Assembly (NCBI GenBank): GCA_002715985.1
Contig: PBAO01000034.1
Coordinates: 703-64,702, forward strand
Length of the DNA stretch: 64,000 nucleotides
From: Lysobacterales bacterium
GTDB lineage: Bacteria > Pseudomonadota > Gammaproteobacteria > Nevskiales > Salinisphaeraceae
Reading direction: 5' to 3'
Position numbers and translations under genes: made by a program. Positions 29,477-39,596 of the stretch are shown here, piece by piece. Position 1 is the first letter of the stretch. The number at the start of each line of letters is the position of its first letter. Under the pieces are notes generated by a model. It worked only from the letters and a program-made list of their open reading frames with translations, searched no databases and was not told where the DNA came from.

Positions 29477-30994
29477 ATGCCGGGTATCAGTGGACTGGCG
29501 CTTTATCTGCCGCCGTATCGCGTCAATCTCGAAGACTGGTGTCAGTGGAACGACCAGCCGTGGGACAAGATTCGCAAGGTCGTGGGCCACAGCTTTCGGA
29601 TGCGTGGGCCCGAGCAGAGCGTCTATACGCTGGCTGCCAACGCCGTCTGGCGCTTGATCCAGGCCTACGATATCGACCCGCAGGAGATCGGTTATCTGGC
29701 GCTGGGCACCGAGTCATCCTCGGACAACTCGGCCGGGGCCGTGATCGTCAAGGGCATGCTCGACGACGCGCTGGCCACGCACGGCAAGGCCGCCATGTCG
29801 CGCGAGTGCGAAGTGCCCGAGTTCAAGCACGCCTGCCTGGGCGGTGTGTATGCCATGAAGGGCGCGCTGCGCTATCTGGCCACCGACGGTGCGCATCGCA
29901 AGGCGATCGTCGTGTGTTCGGATATCGCCGAATACGGGCGCGGCTCGACCGGCGAGCCGACCCAGGGCGCCGGAGCCGTGGCGATTCTGCTGGAAGCCGA
30001 GCCCAAACTGTTGCATATCGATCTGGCGCGTTCGGGCAGTGCCTCGGATTATCGTATGGTCGATTTCCGCAAGCCCTTTGCACGCTTTCGGGATCAGCCG
30101 CAGCGCTCGGACGGCCAGATGCAGGATCTGCCGGTCTTCAACGGGCGTTATTCCACCAGCTGCTACGTGGATGCCACGCGCTCGGCCATGAACGCCATGC
30201 TGGCCCGCCAGGGCGGCGGGCGTCGGGCGGATTATTTCCATGCCGTGGATGCGGTGTTCATGCATCGGCCGTATCACCGCATGCCCTCGGCCGGGTGGGC
30301 CATGGCCTATCTGTTTGCCCTGGCCGATGGCGATGCCGACAACCACGCCGAGTTGGCCGAATATGCCCAGGGCGCCGGTGTTGATTTCGATGATCTGCTG
30401 GCCGAAATCGCCGGGGCCTCACCCAATATGCGTGAGCGCGTAGCGGCCGGGGCATCGGGCGACGATGCGTTCCCGCTGGCCGGCGATCTGATGCGTTATC
30501 TGCGCAAGACCGAGCTCTGGACCAATCTGGTCTCGGGCAAGCTGGGGTTGGGCAGCGACACCATGCGCGATCTGGGCAATCTGTACACTGCAGCCTTGCC
30601 GGCCTGGCTGGCCGCGGGCTTTACCGAGGCTCATGATTCCACGCTGGCCCTGGGGGGCCAGCACTGGCTGGCGCTGGGCTACGGCAGCGGCGACGCTGCC
30701 GAAGCCCTGCCCATGCGGGTGGTCGAAGGCTGGGAGGCCGCGGCGGCCAAGATCAATTTCCAGGCCGCGCTGGGCGAGCCGCTCAATCTCGACGCCGAGC
30801 AATACGCCGCGCTTCACGACGGCCACCCGGCTGACGTCGAACCGGCCCCGGCCAGCGATGAATTCGTGGTGGATTGCATCGGCGAGACCGACCGCGCCGA
30901 TTTCCGCGACGTCGGTATCGAATACTATCGCTATGTCCCGGCCGCCGAGGCCAACAGCGAACACCCGACAACGGCCCGGCAAGCCGCCGGCTGA
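29477..30994 (+). CDS. mvaS: HMG-CoA synthase (long form)
   Basis: LGTESS, EFKHACLGG (catalytic Cys), GEPTQGAGAVA, DFRKP, MHRPY, GNLYTA and GYGSG. Confidence 0.88.
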   Translation: MPGISGLALYLPPYRVNLEDWCQWNDQPWDKIRKVVGHSFRMRGPEQSVYTLAANAVWRLIQAYDIDPQEIGYLALGTESSSDNSAGAVIVKGMLDDALATHGKAAMSRECEVPEFKHACLGGVYAMKGALRYLATDGAHRKAIVVCSDIAEYGRGSTGEPTQGAGAVAILLEAEPKLLHIDLARSGSASDYRMVDFRKPFARFRDQPQRSDGQMQDLPVFNGRYSTSCYVDATRSAMNAMLARQGGGRRADYFHAVDAVFMHRPYHRMPSAGWAMAYLFALADGDADNHAELAEYAQGAGVDFDDLLAEIAGASPNMRERVAAGASGDDAFPLAGDLMRYLRKTELWTNLVSGKLGLGSDTMRDLGNLYTAALPAWLAAGFTEAHDSTLALGGQHWLALGYGSGDAAEALPMRVVEGWEAAAAKINFQAALGEPLNLDAEQYAALHDGHPADVEPAPASDEFVVDCIGETDRADFRDVGIEYYRYVPAAEANSEHPTTARQAAG

Positions 30995-31020
30995 TCGCTG
31001 GCCGCAAGCGTGTGCTCGAG

Positions 31021-31052
31021 AGAGTCGGTTCGTGTGAGCCGGCTCTTTTTTT
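31021..31052 (+). terminator. Rho-independent terminator after mvaS
   Basis: AGAGTCGGTTC-GTGT-GAGCCGGCTCT followed by a T run. Confidence 0.7.
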
Positions 31053-31270
31053 ATCCGCGGATTTCGCAGATTTTGCGGTTCGGCCGAGGCGTCGTCACGC
31101 GGCCGAGGCTTTGTTCTCTAGGGCATTCCGCAGATGGGCGCGGATGTACGCAGACGCGGATAAATGCCCTGAAGAACGCAGCGCACGAAGCAGAAAGCGC
31201 CCCGGGGCGTTATTTCTCCAAAAGCCGAACCGCAAAATCCGCGCAATCTGCGGATTGCCCTAGAAGAACA
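31053..31270. repeat. Nested inverted-repeat element with CGC(A/G)GAT units
   Basis: Arms at 31053-31084 and 31224-31255 are reverse complements at 29 of 32 nt; inner hairpin TTCTCTAGGGCATT...AATGCCCTGAAGAA. Confidence 0.75.
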
Positions 31271-31284
31271 ACCCGCAGGCCCAG

Positions 31285-32331
31285 CTAGGGACAGGGATTG
31301 GGATTGGCCGCATGCACGGCCTCGATTTTCTCGAGGATTTCGTCGGACAGGGTGAGCTCGGCCGAGTCGATGTTCGACTTGAGCTGGTCCAGGGTCGTGG
31401 CCCCGATGATGTTCGAGGTGACGAAGTCGCGCGAGGTGACAAAGGCCAGCGCCATCTGGGCCGGGTCCAGACCGTGTTCGCGGGCGATGGCCACGTAGCG
31501 GGCCGTGGCGTCCACGCCGCGCTGGCCGTTGTAGCGGGCAAAGCGTTCCCACTTGGTCAGCCGTGCGCCTTCGGGCCTGGCGCCGTTTTCATACTTGCCC
31601 GTGAGCATGCCGAAGGCCAGCGGCGAGTAGGCCAGCAGGCCGACCTGTTCACGAATCGCGATCTCCGACAGGCCGATCTCGAACGTTCGATTGAGCAGCG
31701 AGTAAGGGTTCTGGATCGATACGGCTCGTGGCAGGCCGTGCACCTCGGCCGCGCGCAGAAACCGCATCGTGCCCCACGGGCTTTCGTTGGACAGGCCCAC
31801 ATGACGAATCTTGCCTTCATCGACCAGCTTGCCGAGCTCGGCCAGGGTGTCTTCGATGGCCACCGGGGTTTCGTTGGCGTCGTGGGAATAGCCGAGTTGG
31901 CCGAAGAAATTGGTGTAACGGTCCGGCCAGTGCAGCTGGTACAGATCCAGATGGTCGGTCTGCAAGCGTGTGAGGCTGCCCTCGATGGCACGCCGGATAT
32001 GCGCGGGGCTGAGGCGCGGGGTTTCGCCGTCGCGCACATAATCCATATTGGTGCGGGCATGCCCGGTCACCTTGCTGGCCAGCACCACATCCGAGCGCTT
32101 GCCGGTCTTGGCCAGCCAGCTGCCGATATATCGTTCGGTCAGGCCCTGGGTGTCGGCCTTGGGCGGCACGGGATACATCTCGGCGGCATCGATGAAGTTA
32201 ACGCCGTGGGCGGTCGCATAATCGAGCTGCTCGTGGGCCTGGTTTTCCGTGTTCTGCTCGCCGAAGGTCATGGTGCCGAGACACAGGGCACTGACGTTGA
32301 TATCGGTCTGGCCGAGCGGGCGATATTCCAT
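31285..32331 (-). CDS. tas: NADP(H)-dependent aldo-keto reductase, Tas-like
   Basis: LGTMTFGEQNTE, AEMYPVPP, LYQLHWPDR.TNFFG and SIQNPYSLLNR. Confidence 0.9.
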   Translation of the reverse strand: MEYRPLGQTDINVSALCLGTMTFGEQNTENQAHEQLDYATAHGVNFIDAAEMYPVPPKADTQGLTERYIGSWLAKTGKRSDVVLASKVTGHARTNMDYVRDGETPRLSPAHIRRAIEGSLTRLQTDHLDLYQLHWPDRYTNFFGQLGYSHDANETPVAIEDTLAELGKLVDEGKIRHVGLSNESPWGTMRFLRAAEVHGLPRAVSIQNPYSLLNRTFEIGLSEIAIREQVGLLAYSPLAFGMLTGKYENGARPEGARLTKWERFARYNGQRGVDATARYVAIAREHGLDPAQMALAFVTSRDFVTSNIIGATTLDQLKSNIDSAELTLSDEILEKIEAVHAANPNPCP

Positions 32332-32455
32332 GCGATTTCCTTGTCGTGGCCGGTGCGCGACACGCCGCGCCGGCCGGTGTCGATGGCGCGAGTGTAAACC
32401 AGGATTCCCGGTCGATCAGTCGAATCGCTGCATGACACAGACGGAGATGACAAAG

Positions 32456-32485
32456 TTGACATGGCATCGTCCTTGCTCTTATCTG
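32456..32485 (+). promoter_or_regulatory. Candidate sigma70 promoter for the TRAP binding protein gene
   Basis: TTGACA at 32456-32461; weak -10 (TTATCT) at 17-nt spacing. Confidence 0.35.
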
Positions 32486-32514
32486 AGGCGACTGCCATCC
32501 AAAGGGGGATAACC

Positions 32515-33531
32515 ATGAAATTCAATACGTGCGTATTCACGGCTGCGGCCATCGGCCTGGCCGGCATGAGCACACTGGCCCAGGCAGAGACCTGGCGCGT
32601 GGGCCTGGAAGAGACGAAAACCAGCGTGCAATACGCGTATGCCGAAGCCTTCAAGAAGCAGATCGAGGCCAAGAGCGACGGCGACATCACCGTGCAGCTG
32701 CTGCCTTACGGCAAATGGGGCTCAACCTATTCCGCGCTGTATGACGCGGTACAGAACGGGGCGATTCAGATCGGTTTCGGCTCGGGCGCGCTGGGTGGCA
32801 CGGTGCCCGAATCCCAGCTGCTCTCGCTGAACTTCGTCATGCCCTCGGATCAATGGAAGACTGCCCAGGTTCTGAACTCGCCGGCGTTTCTCGAGAGCAA
32901 ACCCTGGCAGGAGGCGTTCGCCAAACGCGGCCTGAAGCCGCTGGCCGAGCTGCCCGAGGGCTACCAGGTCTGGACCGCCAACAAGGCGATCGAGACACCG
33001 GCCGACATGCAAGGGCTTCAGATCCGCGTGATGGACAACAGCCTGCTGCGGGCGACCTATAATGCCTACGGCGCCAATCCCATCAGCATTGCCTACGGCG
33101 AGCTCTACAGCGCGCTGCAGCAGGGCCAGGCCGAGGGCAATATCCAGCCGGTATTCGCGCACGAGGAAATGGGCTTCTATGAAGTCCAGGACTACATGAT
33201 CTTCGCGGATCAGTCCCAGTTCGTGGCTACGCTGATGAGCAATCTCGACTGGTGGCAGGACCTCACCGCCGACCAGCAGAAGATGATCAAGAGCGTGACC
33301 GACAACCTGGTCAAGACGGGCTACGACATCCAGTCCGAGTTCAACGACAAGCGCCTGGAGACCATCAAATCCAAGTCGGATATCAAGGTCATCAAGCTCA
33401 GCGACGCCCAGCGCAACGCCTTTCGCAAACTGGCCCAGCCGGTGCGTCAGACGTTCGTGAAAGACACGGGGGCCCAAGGCGAGGAAGCCTTGAATATCCT
33501 GCTGCGCGAGTTCGATGACGCCACGAACTGA
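32515..33531 (+). CDS. TRAP substrate-binding protein DctP, TeaA (ectoine)-like
   Basis: Signal peptide; WRVGLEE...VQ, PEG, IRVMDNSLLRATY and YGELYSALQQG resemble Halomonas TeaA from recall. Confidence 0.8.
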   Translation: MKFNTCVFTAAAIGLAGMSTLAQAETWRVGLEETKTSVQYAYAEAFKKQIEAKSDGDITVQLLPYGKWGSTYSALYDAVQNGAIQIGFGSGALGGTVPESQLLSLNFVMPSDQWKTAQVLNSPAFLESKPWQEAFAKRGLKPLAELPEGYQVWTANKAIETPADMQGLQIRVMDNSLLRATYNAYGANPISIAYGELYSALQQGQAEGNIQPVFAHEEMGFYEVQDYMIFADQSQFVATLMSNLDWWQDLTADQQKMIKSVTDNLVKTGYDIQSEFNDKRLETIKSKSDIKVIKLSDAQRNAFRKLAQPVRQTFVKDTGAQGEEALNILLREFDDATN

Positions 33532-33557
33532 TCGCGCGTCACAAGCCGTCAGAATCG

Positions 33558-33584
33558 GCCGGGCCTTCGTGGCCCGGCTTTTTT
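33558..33584 (+). terminator. Rho-independent terminator
   Basis: GCCGGGCC-TTCGT-GGCCCGGC followed by TTTTTT. Confidence 0.75.
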
Positions 33585-33650
33585 GTGCCTGCGATCTGGT
33601 GTGGGGCCTTCGTTCTTTGGGGCAATCCGCAGTGTAAGAAGCGCCCCGAT

Positions 33651-34937
33651 CTAGGACGCCCCCCCAAGTGATGGCAGCAGCAACGAGATCTGCGGGAAGA
33701 GGATAAGGATCAGGGTGGCCAGCAGCAGGATGGCGATGAACGGCGGCGTGCCGCGGATCACGTCCATGTACGGGCGACGGAAGACGGCGATGGCGGTGAA
33801 GATGTCGCAGCCGAACGGCGGCGTGGCCGACCCGATGGCGGCCTGCAGGGTGACGATCACGCCGACATGAACCGGGTCCAGTCCGGCGGACTCCACCAGC
33901 GGCTTGAAGATCGGCACCAGAATCAGGATCACCACGATCGGGTCGACGAACATGCAGCCCACGAAGAAGGCGGCGGCGATCAACAACAGCGCCAGAAACT
34001 GGTTGGTGCCGATGGCATCGATCGCCGGGCCCAGCACGGCCTCGGGGATGCCCGCGGTGCCGATGGTCTGGGAAAACGCAGCGCCCACGGCCACGAGCAC
34101 GAAGACCACGGCAGTGATCAGGCCGGTCGAAAGCGCGATGGATCCCAGATCCCGGAGACTGACCTGGCGATAGATGATGACTTCCAGCACGAAGGCATAG
34201 GCCACGGCCACGGCCGAAGCCTCCACCGCGCTGAAATAACCGCCGTAGATGCCGCCGACGACCAGCACCGGAAAGCACAGTGGCAGCAGGGTGCGCCGCA
34301 GTGCGCCCAGCCGGTCGCCCCAGCTGGCCTTGGGTTCGGGCGTGATCTTCTGGATCCGCGCGCCGATATAACAATAGAGCGCGAACAGCAGCATGATCAG
34401 CAGGCCGGGCAGGATGCCGGCCAGAAACAGATCGCCGATCGAGGTCTTCATCACGACGCCGTAGACGATGAAGCCGATGGACGGTGGAATCAGAAGCGCC
34501 ACGTCGGAGGCGTTGATGATCAGCGCCAGGGCAAAGCTGTCAGGGTAGCCCTTGTCCAGCAGGCGCGGTCGCATGGGCCCGCCCATGGCCACGACCGTGG
34601 CCTGTGTTGACCCCGACACCGCGCCGAACAGGGCACAGGAAACGGCCGTGGTGATCGGCAGGCCGCCGCGCAGGTGGCGGGTGAACGAATCCACCAGATC
34701 CAGCAGGCGATTGGCAGTATGGCCCTTGGTGAGGATATCGGCAGCAAAGATGAACATCGGCACGGCCGCCAGCACCCAGCTGCCCACGCCGGTGATCATC
34801 CACGAGACCATCTGGTCAGGGCCGAAAAACGTCATGCCCGTGAACATCATGAACAATGTGCCCACGGCCAGCGGCACCACCATGGGAAAGCCCATGAGCA
34901 GCAGCACCAGCATGATCAGGCCCAGCCAGAGCGTCAT
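33651..34937 (-). CDS. TRAP large permease DctM (TeaC-like)
   Basis: FGAVSGS, LIPPSI and TPPFGCDIF; 428 aa, highly hydrophobic. Confidence 0.9.
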   Translation of the reverse strand: MTLWLGLIMLVLLLMGFPMVVPLAVGTLFMMFTGMTFFGPDQMVSWMITGVGSWVLAAVPMFIFAADILTKGHTANRLLDLVDSFTRHLRGGLPITTAVSCALFGAVSGSTQATVVAMGGPMRPRLLDKGYPDSFALALIINASDVALLIPPSIGFIVYGVVMKTSIGDLFLAGILPGLLIMLLFALYCYIGARIQKITPEPKASWGDRLGALRRTLLPLCFPVLVVGGIYGGYFSAVEASAVAVAYAFVLEVIIYRQVSLRDLGSIALSTGLITAVVFVLVAVGAAFSQTIGTAGIPEAVLGPAIDAIGTNQFLALLLIAAAFFVGCMFVDPIVVILILVPIFKPLVESAGLDPVHVGVIVTLQAAIGSATPPFGCDIFTAIAVFRRPYMDVIRGTPPFIAILLLATLILILFPQISLLLPSLGGAS

Positions 34938-35533
34938 GACAGCCCCCCGTCGGCGGCATCACCGGAGTCGGGTACATCGGCATAGCCCTCGCGCTCGTGA
35001 AACGAGCGCCAGGTGCCGGGGCTTGCCAGATTGCGCACGATGGTCAGCAGATACTGGAGCCCGGCCAGCGAGAAGCCGATCGGCAAGGCCAGATAGACCA
35101 TCCACAGCGGAATGCCCACCGACGAACTCACCCGGCCACGATCAAAGATATCCAGATCGTACTGGGCCGATTTGTAGGCGAAATAGAACATCAGCGCGCC
35201 GGTGCCCAGGCTGATGACAATCAGCAACGCCTTGCGCGGCGTGCCGGACAGGGTGTCGTAGATGGCCGACATGCTGATATGACGGGCACAGCGCGTGGCA
35301 TAGCCCACGCCAACGAATGTCATGACCACGATGAGCAGTTCGGTGATCTCGTAGGTGCCGGGAATGCCCGAGCCAAAGACAAGATTGCCGACCACGTGGG
35401 CGGCCATGAGCAGCGCCATGGCGAGCACACTGCCCGCGACGATCACGCGCTCGGCCCAGCCGAGCACGCGATCGACCGCCTCGAGTACGACGAGCACGGG
35501 CGAGCGCCGGCTCGCTTGCGATCCCTCGTTCAT
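34934..35533 (-). CDS. TRAP small permease DctQ (TeaB-like)
   Basis: Four TM segments; RHISMSAIYD and IPLWMVYLALPIG; overlaps dctM. Confidence 0.85.
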   Translation of the reverse strand: MNEGSQASRRSPVLVVLEAVDRVLGWAERVIVAGSVLAMALLMAAHVVGNLVFGSGIPGTYEITELLIVVMTFVGVGYATRCARHISMSAIYDTLSGTPRKALLIVISLGTGALMFYFAYKSAQYDLDIFDRGRVSSSVGIPLWMVYLALPIGFSLAGLQYLLTIVRNLASPGTWRSFHEREGYADVPDSGDAADGGLS

Positions 35534-35659
35534 GCAACCCCCTGGAAAACGAAAAGACGCGCCTGTGGCGGCCTCGATAATCGATACGCTAGCGCGTTAG
35601 CCGGTCACGGGCCACGCGCCCTTGGTCGGATCCGTGATCATCAAGCAAAAAGCGTACCG

Positions 35660-36361
35660 TCAGCCGCGCCGACGGTAGGCCATGTCGTGCACCACGTGGC
35701 CTTTGTTCACGCCGCGGTTTTCAAAGCGTGTATCCCGGCGCGGGGGCGCGCTGACGTAGCCGTTGGCATCACCGATATTCTCGAACGCGGGATGCACGTC
35801 CAGCACGTCACGCATGTGCTGGCCGTAATTCTCCCAGTCGGTGGCCAGGCGCCAGATGCCGCCGGGTGCCAGTACACGGGCGATCTCGTCGGCAAAGACA
35901 GGCTGAACGATCCGGCGTTTGTGGTGGCGTTTCTTCGGCCAGGGATCGGGGAAGTAGAGCAGAACCTCGTGCAGCGAGTCGTCGGCAAAGCCGGCGGCCA
36001 GCACCTCGACTGCGTCATCCTGAAAGACACGAGCATTGGAGGCTCCGGCGGCGTCCAGCGCGCCCAGCAGACGGCCCACGCCATTGCGATAGACCTCGAT
36101 GCCGATGAAATCGTGCTCCGGCTGGTTGATGGCCAGATCAGCCAGGACTTCACCGGCGCCAAAGCCGATCTCAAGCGTGCGATGCGCATCGCGACCGAAA
36201 ACGCCCGTCCAGTCGAGCGGGGCCTCGGGCCGCTCCAGCCCGTAGCGCGGCCACAGCGCGGCCAGATTCTTCTCCTGACCGGGAGTAAGCCGGCCTTCGC
36301 GCTTGACGAAGCTCTTGATACGCCGAGGCGTGCCCGGCGCGGTCGGATCGCTGTCGTTCAT
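35660..36361 (-). CDS. trmB: tRNA (guanine-N7)-methyltransferase
   Basis: LEIGFGAG, FPDPWPKKRHHKRR and ATDWENY. Confidence 0.95.
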   Translation of the reverse strand: MNDSDPTAPGTPRRIKSFVKREGRLTPGQEKNLAALWPRYGLERPEAPLDWTGVFGRDAHRTLEIGFGAGEVLADLAINQPEHDFIGIEVYRNGVGRLLGALDAAGASNARVFQDDAVEVLAAGFADDSLHEVLLYFPDPWPKKRHHKRRIVQPVFADEIARVLAPGGIWRLATDWENYGQHMRDVLDVHPAFENIGDANGYVSAPPRRDTRFENRGVNKGHVVHDMAYRRRG

Positions 36362-36381
36362 TGCCGGCTCGCTGCTTTCGC

Positions 36382-37398
36382 TTATTGGAAAGGTAGATCA
36401 GTCATCGGCGAAGAGGCCGAGGCATAACGCCGGCGCGGCATGCGACCGGCCAGATACGCCTGGCGCCCGGCGATCACGGCATGGCGCATGGCCTGGGCCA
36501 TCAGTACCGGTTTGCCCGCGCTGGCGATCGCGGTGTTGAGCAATACGCCGTCGCAGCCCAGCTCCATGGCGATCGCGGCGTCCGAGGCCGTACCCACGCC
36601 GGCATCAACCAGCACCGGCACGTTGGCATGGGCCACGATCTCGGCCACGTTGTAGCGGTTCTGGATACCCAGCCCGGAGCCGATCGGCCCGGCCAGCGGC
36701 ATGATGGCACAGCAGCCGATGTCTTCGAGCTTTTTCGCGATGATCGGGTCATCGCTGGTATAGACCATTACATCGAACCCGTCGGCGATCAGCTCGCGGG
36801 CGGCGACCAGCGTTTCGGCCACGTCGGGATACAGCGTCTTCTCGTCGCCGATAACCTCCAGCTTGACCAGATTGTGCCCGCCGAGCAGTTCGCGTGCCAT
36901 GCGACAGGTGCGTACGGCCTCGTCGGCGCTGTAACAGCCCGCGGTATTGGGCAGGAGTGTGTATTTTTCCGGCGGCACCACATCCAGCAGGTTGCGCGCG
37001 GCGCGCGTATCCGGGTCGGTCAGTGCCGGTGTACGCCGGATGGCCAGCGTGACGATCTCGGCCCCCGAGGCCGTGATGGCGGCATCGGTTTCGTCCAGGT
37101 CGGCATATTTGCCGGTGCCGACCAGCAAACGCGAGGTGAAACGACGCCCGGCCACGGTGAACGTGTCGGCCACGCTTTCGGCCTGGCCGCCGCCGATGGC
37201 GTGCACGATCTCGAGCCGATCGCCCGCGGCGATCGGCGTGGTGTCGTATTCGGTGCTCGGCACGATCCGGCCGTTGTGTTCGACAGCAACCCGCTGGTTG
37301 GCGTAGCCCAGTTCGGTCAGTACGCCGGCGAGTGTGGCATCGTCAGCGCACGCGGTGGTCTGGCCGTTGACTTCTATCTGCATAGTATCGATGTTCAT
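36382..37398 (-). CDS. thiG: ThiS-ThiG fusion (sulfur carrier plus thiazole synthase)
   Basis: MQIEVNG...VAVEHNG...[13 protein letters not shown] continues in frame into [24 protein letters not shown] and VDAGVG. Start at 37398 or 37383. Confidence 0.9.
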   Translation of the reverse strand: MNIDTMQIEVNGQTTACADDATLAGVLTELGYANQRVAVEHNGRIVPSTEYDTTPIAAGDRLEIVHAIGGGQAESVADTFTVAGRRFTSRLLVGTGKYADLDETDAAITASGAEIVTLAIRRTPALTDPDTRAARNLLDVVPPEKYTLLPNTAGCYSADEAVRTCRMARELLGGHNLVKLEVIGDEKTLYPDVAETLVAARELIADGFDVMVYTSDDPIIAKKLEDIGCCAIMPLAGPIGSGLGIQNRYNVAEIVAHANVPVLVDAGVGTASDAAIAMELGCDGVLLNTAIASAGKPVLMAQAMRHAVIAGRQAYLAGRMPRRRYASASSPMTDLPFQ

Positions 37399-37577
37399 TG
37401 GTACGTATCGTCGTATCAGCCCGGGCATGAGCGAACCCTTGTGTGTTGTCACCACCGGTGGGTGGGCTGATGGCATACGCACTGATCCATGACCCTCGGC
37501 GGGGCGATAGAATAACCCGAGCCCGGGGTGCTTGCAGGACACGACATGATCAACGACAACACGGGCGTGACCGCCCG

Positions 37578-39596
37578 ATGAAACGCTGGCATCGATGGGC
37601 GCTGGGCGTCGGCGCCGTCGTGGGCCTGGCCGTTGCGGCCATGCTTGCCTGGGTGTATGTCAGTTTCGAGCCCGGCGCGTATCGCAGCCGGATCGAGGCA
37701 CTGGCCAGCGAGGCGGTCGGGCGACAGGTTCGTATCCAGGGGCCGATCGAGCTGAATCTGCTGCCGTTCCCGGCGGTGGTGTTGAAAACCATCGAGATCG
37801 AAAACCCCGGCGATATCGGCGACGGGCCGCTGGCGCGTATCAAACGTGTGGCTGTAAGCCCGCGCCCGCTGTCGCTGATGGCGGGCAGGCTGGCTGTGGG
37901 CACGGTGACCATTTCGGGGCTGCAGATGATGCTGGCCCGGAATCGCGACGGCCAGAACAACTGGCAGGGCATCATCGATGCGCTGGCTGCCGGTCCGGGC
38001 CAGGCCCTGGGCGCGCCGAGTGCGGCCGTTCGGCCCGGCGTTGCTGCATCGAAGCTGCCGCTGTCGTCGATGTCGGTCAGCGCGCTGGAGATCAACGATG
38101 CCCGGATCCGCTACGTCGACGGCGTCCGCGGCCAGACCTGGCAATGGCGCGGCGGGCACCTGCAGACCGGGCGCATGACCGACGGCTCGCCGTTTCGGCT
38201 GGAGATCACCGGCCGGCTGCGCCGCGCGGACAGCGCGGTACGCGCCGAGATGTACCTGATGACCCGAATCGAGCCCCATCTGGCGGATCGGTTCTATCGA
38301 TTTTCCCGGCTGAATCTGAATCTGCTGATCGATGGCAGCAGTGTGCCGGGCGGGATGCAGGAGGCCAGCATCTCGGCCAGCGGCGAGGCGGACTTTGCGG
38401 CCGGGCGTTATTCGCTGTCCGATTTTCTGTTGCAGAGCGGCGGACTGGCCGTGGCCGGCAAGATCGACGGCAAGGACATGGCCGGCCATACGCACTACAA
38501 CGGGCGCCTGACGATCAAGCCGTTCTCGCCGCGCTCGGTGCTGCAGCAGCTGCGTATCCGGCCGCCTTTGATCCGGGATAGCGCAGCCCTCGGCCATGCC
38601 GGCTTCGACGCTCAGTTCGAGGGCAACGAACAGCGCGTGCGATTCAAGCAGATCGCCGCCCAGCTCGACGAAAGTCATCTGACCGGCACGGCCTCGATCG
38701 CTCAGTTCGGCGATCCGCTGGTACGCTTCGATCTGGCGCTCGATCGTCTTGATGCTGATCGTTACCTGCCGCCGGTGGACGAGAACGGCGCGGCCGTGTC
38801 GGTAGAAGACACCGCCAGCGACGATGACCACGGTCTGGACCAGCTGTGGCCGGCCCTGGATCGCAGCCGTTTTCAAGGCACGCTGCGCGTGGGTTATCTG
38901 GATGCAGCGGGGCTGCGGCTGGCCGATGCCGAGGCCCGCCTGTCGGCACGTCCGAACGAGGCACGGATCGAGCGGCTCACGGCGGCCGCCTACAACGGCC
39001 GGCTGGCGGCCAGCGCGCGCATCAAGCGCAGCGAACAGACCACGACATACAGCCTGAACACCCAGTGGCGCCATATCGCTGTCGGTGCCTTGTTGTCCGA
39101 TCTGGTGGGCGTTCAGCGTTTGACCGGTCTGGCCGATATTGATGCACAAGTCACCACGCGTGGCCGGACCGACGCCCAGCGGCTCGAGGCGCTCGACGGC
39201 ACGTTGTCGGCCTCGTTAACCGATGGCCGGCTGGCCGGCTATGATCTCGACGGCGCGATCCGGGGGCTGCGCGGCGCCGAGGCCTCCGGGCAGAGCAGCG
39301 CGCCCGTGACACCGATCAAGGCCCTCGCGGCCACCGTGCTCTTCGAGCAGGGCATCGCCCGAACGACACGCATGGCCTGGCAGAACACGCGTTTCCACGG
39401 CGAGGGCGAGGGCGAGGGGCGCTATGCGTTGGCCGACGACAGGCTGGACTACCGATTCCGTATCACGCCGCGCGAGAGTGCCCGGCCGCCGGTGCTGATG
39501 CGCCTGACAGGCCCGCTGGGCACGCCCACCCCCGAGCTGTCGGTGATCACGACCGATGCCAGCACGCAATCGCCCGCGGCCGATGCCGGCTCGTAA
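37578..39596 (+). CDS. AsmA family protein
   Basis: N-terminal TM anchor, [15 protein letters not shown] and LDADRYLPP; asmA-mutY-yggX synteny. Confidence 0.8.
   Translation: MKRWHRWALGVGAVVGLAVAAMLAWVYVSFEPGAYRSRIEALASEAVGRQVRIQGPIELNLLPFPAVVLKTIEIENPGDIGDGPLARIKRVAVSPRPLSLMAGRLAVGTVTISGLQMMLARNRDGQNNWQGIIDALAAGPGQALGAPSAAVRPGVAASKLPLSSMSVSALEINDARIRYVDGVRGQTWQWRGGHLQTGRMTDGSPFRLEITGRLRRADSAVRAEMYLMTRIEPHLADRFYRFSRLNLNLLIDGSSVPGGMQEASISASGEADFAAGRYSLSDFLLQSGGLAVAGKIDGKDMAGHTHYNGRLTIKPFSPRSVLQQLRIRPPLIRDSAALGHAGFDAQFEGNEQRVRFKQIAAQLDESHLTGTASIAQFGDPLVRFDLALDRLDADRYLPPVDENGAAVSVEDTASDDDHGLDQLWPALDRSRFQGTLRVGYLDAAGLRLADAEARLSARPNEARIERLTAAAYNGRLAASARIKRSEQTTTYSLNTQWRHIAVGALLSDLVGVQRLTGLADIDAQVTTRGRTDAQRLEALDGTLSASLTDGRLAGYDLDGAIRGLRGAEASGQSSAPVTPIKALAATVLFEQGIARTTRMAWQNTRFHGEGEGEGRYALADDRLDYRFRITPRESARPPVLMRLTGPLGTPTPELSVITTDASTQSPAADAGS

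Noticed and set aside
31053-31270. CRISPR array
   Set aside because: Repeats are inverted or short-period with no unique spacers, and there are no cas genes.
37399-37577. TPP riboswitch upstream of thiS-thiG
   Set aside because: The conserved CTGAGA core was not found on the minus strand in this gap.
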